Below are positions 60,301 through 64,000 of a stretch of DNA of 64,000 bases, one piece after another. Under the pieces are notes generated by a model that was given only the letters and a program-made list of their open reading frames with translations, was not told where the DNA came from and did no database searches. The DNA comes from Prorocentrum cordatum (taxonomy: Eukaryota): positions 496,001 through 560,000 of the forward strand of contig CAUYUJ010000026.1 of the NCBI GenBank assembly GCA_963575745.1, in the 5' to 3' direction. Every line of letters begins with the position of its first letter. Within the stretch, counting starts at the first letter, position 1. A program made the translations under genes and the position numbers.

Positions 60301-62094
60301 GACGTGACCTCCCTCGGGCACCAAGAGGAGGAAGGCGAGGGGGGCCAGAGCGCCGACGATCGCCGAGGCCGCCTCCCTGGGCCCGCGGGGGCCCGCCGCA
60401 CGGAGCGGGCGCCCCCGCGACGGGCGCGGGCCGGCCAGCCTCGGCGGCGAAGCGGCGGGCAGGCGAGCCTCTCGGGGGCAACGACGAGGGGGGATACAGC
60501 AGGCCTGGATAGGTCGACCCTGCCAAATCAAGGGTACCCTTGTTTCTTGCGTCGCGCGACCCATGCTTCCTACATTCCTGCGGCAACGTTGCCCTCGGAA
60601 GAGTCTTGTGTCCTCTCGCGTGTCCTCTCCAATCAAGGCCGACTGTAGGCACAGAGGGGGCCATTATGCAGGGGAGGGATAGGCACAGGGGGGGGGGACG
60701 TGTTGGGTTCGACCTTCTCGGCTCCCGGACGCTTTCGTCGGTTCTCGGTGGCTCTCCAGCCTCGGGGTGCCTTCCGGCGGCTGCGCCCCGCCGAGAGCGT
60801 CCCCGGGGTTTCCCGTATCGCCGCAAACGGCCGCCCGAGGCCCGAGCTATGTGGCCCGAAGACTGCACACCGCGTCAGGGGCAACGACAGGGGGTTAGTA
60901 GGCCCAGGGGGGATGCAGTGATTCCCAGTCGCCCATCGATCGCCCATAAGGGCCCGATAGCCCCACCCCGCCCATCGCCGATCTATCGGCGATGTGTCGC
61001 CAGTTCCAGGTCGATCATGTCACCCCCTGTGCCAGCACCCCCCTGTCGTTTTCCCTCAGCCTCAGGCGGCGGGAGGTTCCCAGACCTCCGGCGGTCTCTT
61101 TCGTTTTTGGTCCAATCCTGGCGTTGGGGGCGTCCCTACAAGCGAGAGGCAAGTGCACCACCCCTCGGCGGCTCCTTCCTGAGGGGCCCATGGGGAAGCC
61201 CTGGCACTTTTCTTCGGCTTCGGCCTGAGAGGTCCAGGATCGGGCCTTCTCAGGCGATCGCAAACATGGATTAAGGGGGCGTGGATTAGCGACGGCTCCA
61301 GTTTCCATGGGAAATCGCGGATTTCCGCCGCCGAGCGAGGCGGCACCGGCCATGTAGGGGGGTTACGAAATCTGCTGCATGCAGCTGGTTTCGGCCCCGC
61401 CGCCGGGCCGATTCCTCGATAAATGGGAGCCTCCCGGCGCCGGGAGGCGCCGGGAAAATCAGCTACGTGATGAGCTGATTCTCACCCCCCGCCTTTGCTA
61501 TCCCCCCCTTTCGCCCGGCCCGAGAAGGGCACCCCCCATTACCGCCCGCCCGACTGGGGTCCCACCATGGCCAGGGCAGCCGGCGCTCAGATTGCGAGGA
61601 AGGGGCCCGGACGTTCGCAGCTGGACGTCAAGCTGACGTCTCGCTCTGCACGGGGAGCGGGGAGAGGGCAGCACGACGGCAACATCAGCAGAATTGCGCA
61701 TGCCTGTGTCCTCACGTACACACTGTTCATGTCTAATGATTCGAAGGTTCTTTGATTTTCTGGGGTGTCAAGATCCAATGATTTCTAATTGTTCTATCCT
61801 GGGCCTCTTCCTGGCCACCAGGGGGCCAGGAACAACTAGAAACGAGCACAACTAGAAACGAGCACGACTCGAAATTAACGACCTGTATTTGTCGGGGGAG
61901 GACCTACAGACTGCGGCTCGTCCTCTCCGACACCGACGACGCGGGCTGGGTGACCTCGGAGACCAACGGCGCCTGGGCCTTCGACTCGGCGGGGGAAGGG
62001 AGGGGGGAGACCAGAGCTGGGCCAGCAGGACAGGTCCACGCCAGGGGCTTCTCCACGCCAGAGGATCTCGCGAAGCGTTGCATCTGGACGAGGG

Positions 62095-62200
62095 GGGAGG
62101 GAGAGAGAAAGAGAGAGAGAGAGGGCGGATGTGGCGCACTCTGGAAAGGGCGAGGGAGAGAGAGAGAGAGAGGGCGGATATGGTGCTCTCTGGAAAGGGC

Positions 62201-62276
<76 letters not shown>

Positions 62277-62485
62277 GGAGAGAGGGAGGGAGAGAGAGAG
62301 GGCGAGGGAGAGAGAGAGAGAGAGAGCGAGAGAGCGAGAGAGCGAGAGAGCGAGAGAGCGAGAGCGAGAGAGAGAGAGAGAGGGAGGGAGAGAGGGAGGG
62401 AGAGAGAGAGGGCGAGGGAGAGAGAGAGAGAGGGAGAGCGAGAGAGCGAGAGAGAGAGAGAGGGAGGGATGGCGAGAGAGGGAGA
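62095..62485. repeat. Degenerate (GA)n tract
   Basis: Direct observation. Confidence 0.95.
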
Positions 62486-62651
62486 ACGCAAAAACGATTG
62501 CGCGCTCCACTGCGAGCCCTGCCTTCGAGGACTCTTTGGAGGCTGCCTTAACTCTTCTCCGGATGGGAGCCGAGGAGGCGGGGGCCGGCAGTGAGCAGCA
62601 CGTCGGGCGGCTCCGCCCGTGGAGAGCGTCGGGAGGAGACGCTACGCTTAA

Positions 62652-62810
62652 AGTCGGGCCCGTCCCTCTACAGGAGGAATACTCCAAGAATGGTCAACAA
62701 AAATAGTCTGGGGATTATGTTGGGGGTATTTTCCGGCCATGTTGGAGTCTTGTTTTGACTATTTTTCTTTTCCGTCCAAAATCCCCCTGTATAGAGGGAC
62801 ACGCCCGACT
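62652..62810. mobile_element. MITE family B, copy 2 (TAA TSD; PIF/Harbinger-Tourist-like)
   Basis: TAA|AGTCGGGCCCGTCCCTCTACAGG ... CCTGTATAGAGGGACACGCCCGACT|TAA, opposite orientation to copy 1. Confidence 0.82.
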
Positions 62811-62901
62811 TAACGCTGCGCCCTCAAAGTGCTGTTCACAGTGCGGGTTCAGGGGTGCCGACCTCGACCGTGCATGAATCCCCGGAGCCGACCATGTAGG
62901 G

Positions 62902-63094
62902 TCGGGGGCGGCCAAGAGGGGGGGGGTGTTTAGGGGGGCGGGGCACCATGGCGGGGGCCGTGATATCACACCAGATTTCATGGCGCCTCTTGTCATTTCA
63001 ATACGTACCCGGCCGCCCCCCTGTGCCGCGCACGTGCCGCCGGCCATGATTTGCGACCCCCCCTTTTGGACGCCTCTCTCCTGGCCGCCCCCGA
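62902..63094. mobile_element. MITE family A, copy 2
   Basis: TIRs TCGGGGGCGGCCAAGAGG / CTCTCCTGGCCGCCCCCGA. Shares internal CCAGAT.TCATGGCGCCTCTT and CATGATTTGC with copy 1. TSD not preserved. Confidence 0.8.
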
Positions 63095-64000
63095 GTATAG
63101 ATCCCCAACGTGGTTCAGGACAGATAACTTTTCATCCGGGTCGGTAATGTTAACCCGAGCGTGGTTCAGGACAGGCAACCTTTCGTCCGGGTCGGTGAGG
63201 TGTCCCACCGTCTCTGCGTGGCGTCGGTCTTTTTCCTCGCCCGGGAGTAGTGTCCCTTCTCCGCCAGATGGGCATCACTGGGTCCGGTCGACACTGCTGA
63301 CGGTTCGAGCGACCTGCGATCAAGGGCAGCATTTGGACTGGCCAGGGAGGAGGAAGAGCAGGATGGGGTTGATGATGCATGATAATGGCGATGAGGAGGA
63401 GGAGGAGGCGGAGGAGGAGGAGGAGGAGGAGGAGGAGGAGGAGGAAGAGGGTGGAGGAGGAGGAGATGGAGGAGGAGGAGGAGGAGGAGGGGAGGAGGAG
63501 GAGGAGGAGGAGGAGGAGGAGGAGGAGGAGTGCGCCAGGAGCTGTCATGCGCCCATGCTGCGCCATAAGTTGCCAGCTCGGCGCCGCCAGCCGCCAACCA
63601 GGAACCTGGGCCCCGCCCGACCTCGACTGGCTGGTTCTCGCCTGCCCCTCTGGCAGCATCCTGGAGTCTGGGCGCCGAAGCCCAAACTTGGTGCGAGCCT
63701 GGAGGGTGAGGGTGCGGCCGCCCGCAGCGGAAGCAACAGAAGCGATAGCTGTCCATCGGCTCGTGCGTTTTCTGACCCGCTCCCCCCGCCCTCCGAAACC
63801 AGGGTGCGACGGCCCATTTCTCGTCGCCCTATTCTTCAGGGGGCCGTCTCCCGGCCCCGTGGCCGTCGAACGACGCTGGGCGCTGCTTGATGGGAGGGGG
63901 TGCTCAATCGGGGGTTGAGAACTGTGCCCCCTCTTGGGCCCCAGGAGGCGGCCTCCTGGGGGCCCCTGTAGGGGACGACGGGGGCACCTGTCTTCGCCCC

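Noticed and set aside
63109..63196. Two 37-bp direct repeats with a 14-bp spacer (CRISPR-like length)
   Set aside because: Only two imperfect copies with too short a spacer; a simple tandem duplication.

Overview
Eukaryotic, GC-rich, repeat-dominated window. Nearly all long ORFs in the supplied track are artefacts of (GGA)n/(CCT)n, (GAT)n, (GAC)n, (GGT)n and (GA)n tracts. Two tandem relicts of the dinoflagellate spliced leader (DCCGTAGCCATTTTGGCTCAAG) at 46281-46316 and 57009-57042 suggest a dinoflagellate nuclear genome (inference). Supportable coding content: (1) an intact intronless ribosomal protein eS30 gene; (2) the 3' exons of a gene joining a PKA-regulatory-type cyclic-nucleotide-binding domain to a two-EF-hand lobe; (3) an SL-marked processed pseudogene with two tandem ~184-aa domains whose motifs resemble PD-(D/E)XK restriction-type nucleases, the most interesting locus; (4) a GH128-like glucanase pseudogene; (5) a degraded non-LTR retrotransposon with RT, CCHC zinc knuckle and RNase H; (6) a probable LTR-retrotransposon gag remnant. 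The remainder holds several MITE families with clear TIRs, some with target-site duplications, a 1.7-kb foldback hairpin and dispersed repeats. All family assignments come from reading motifs by eye; no searches were run.
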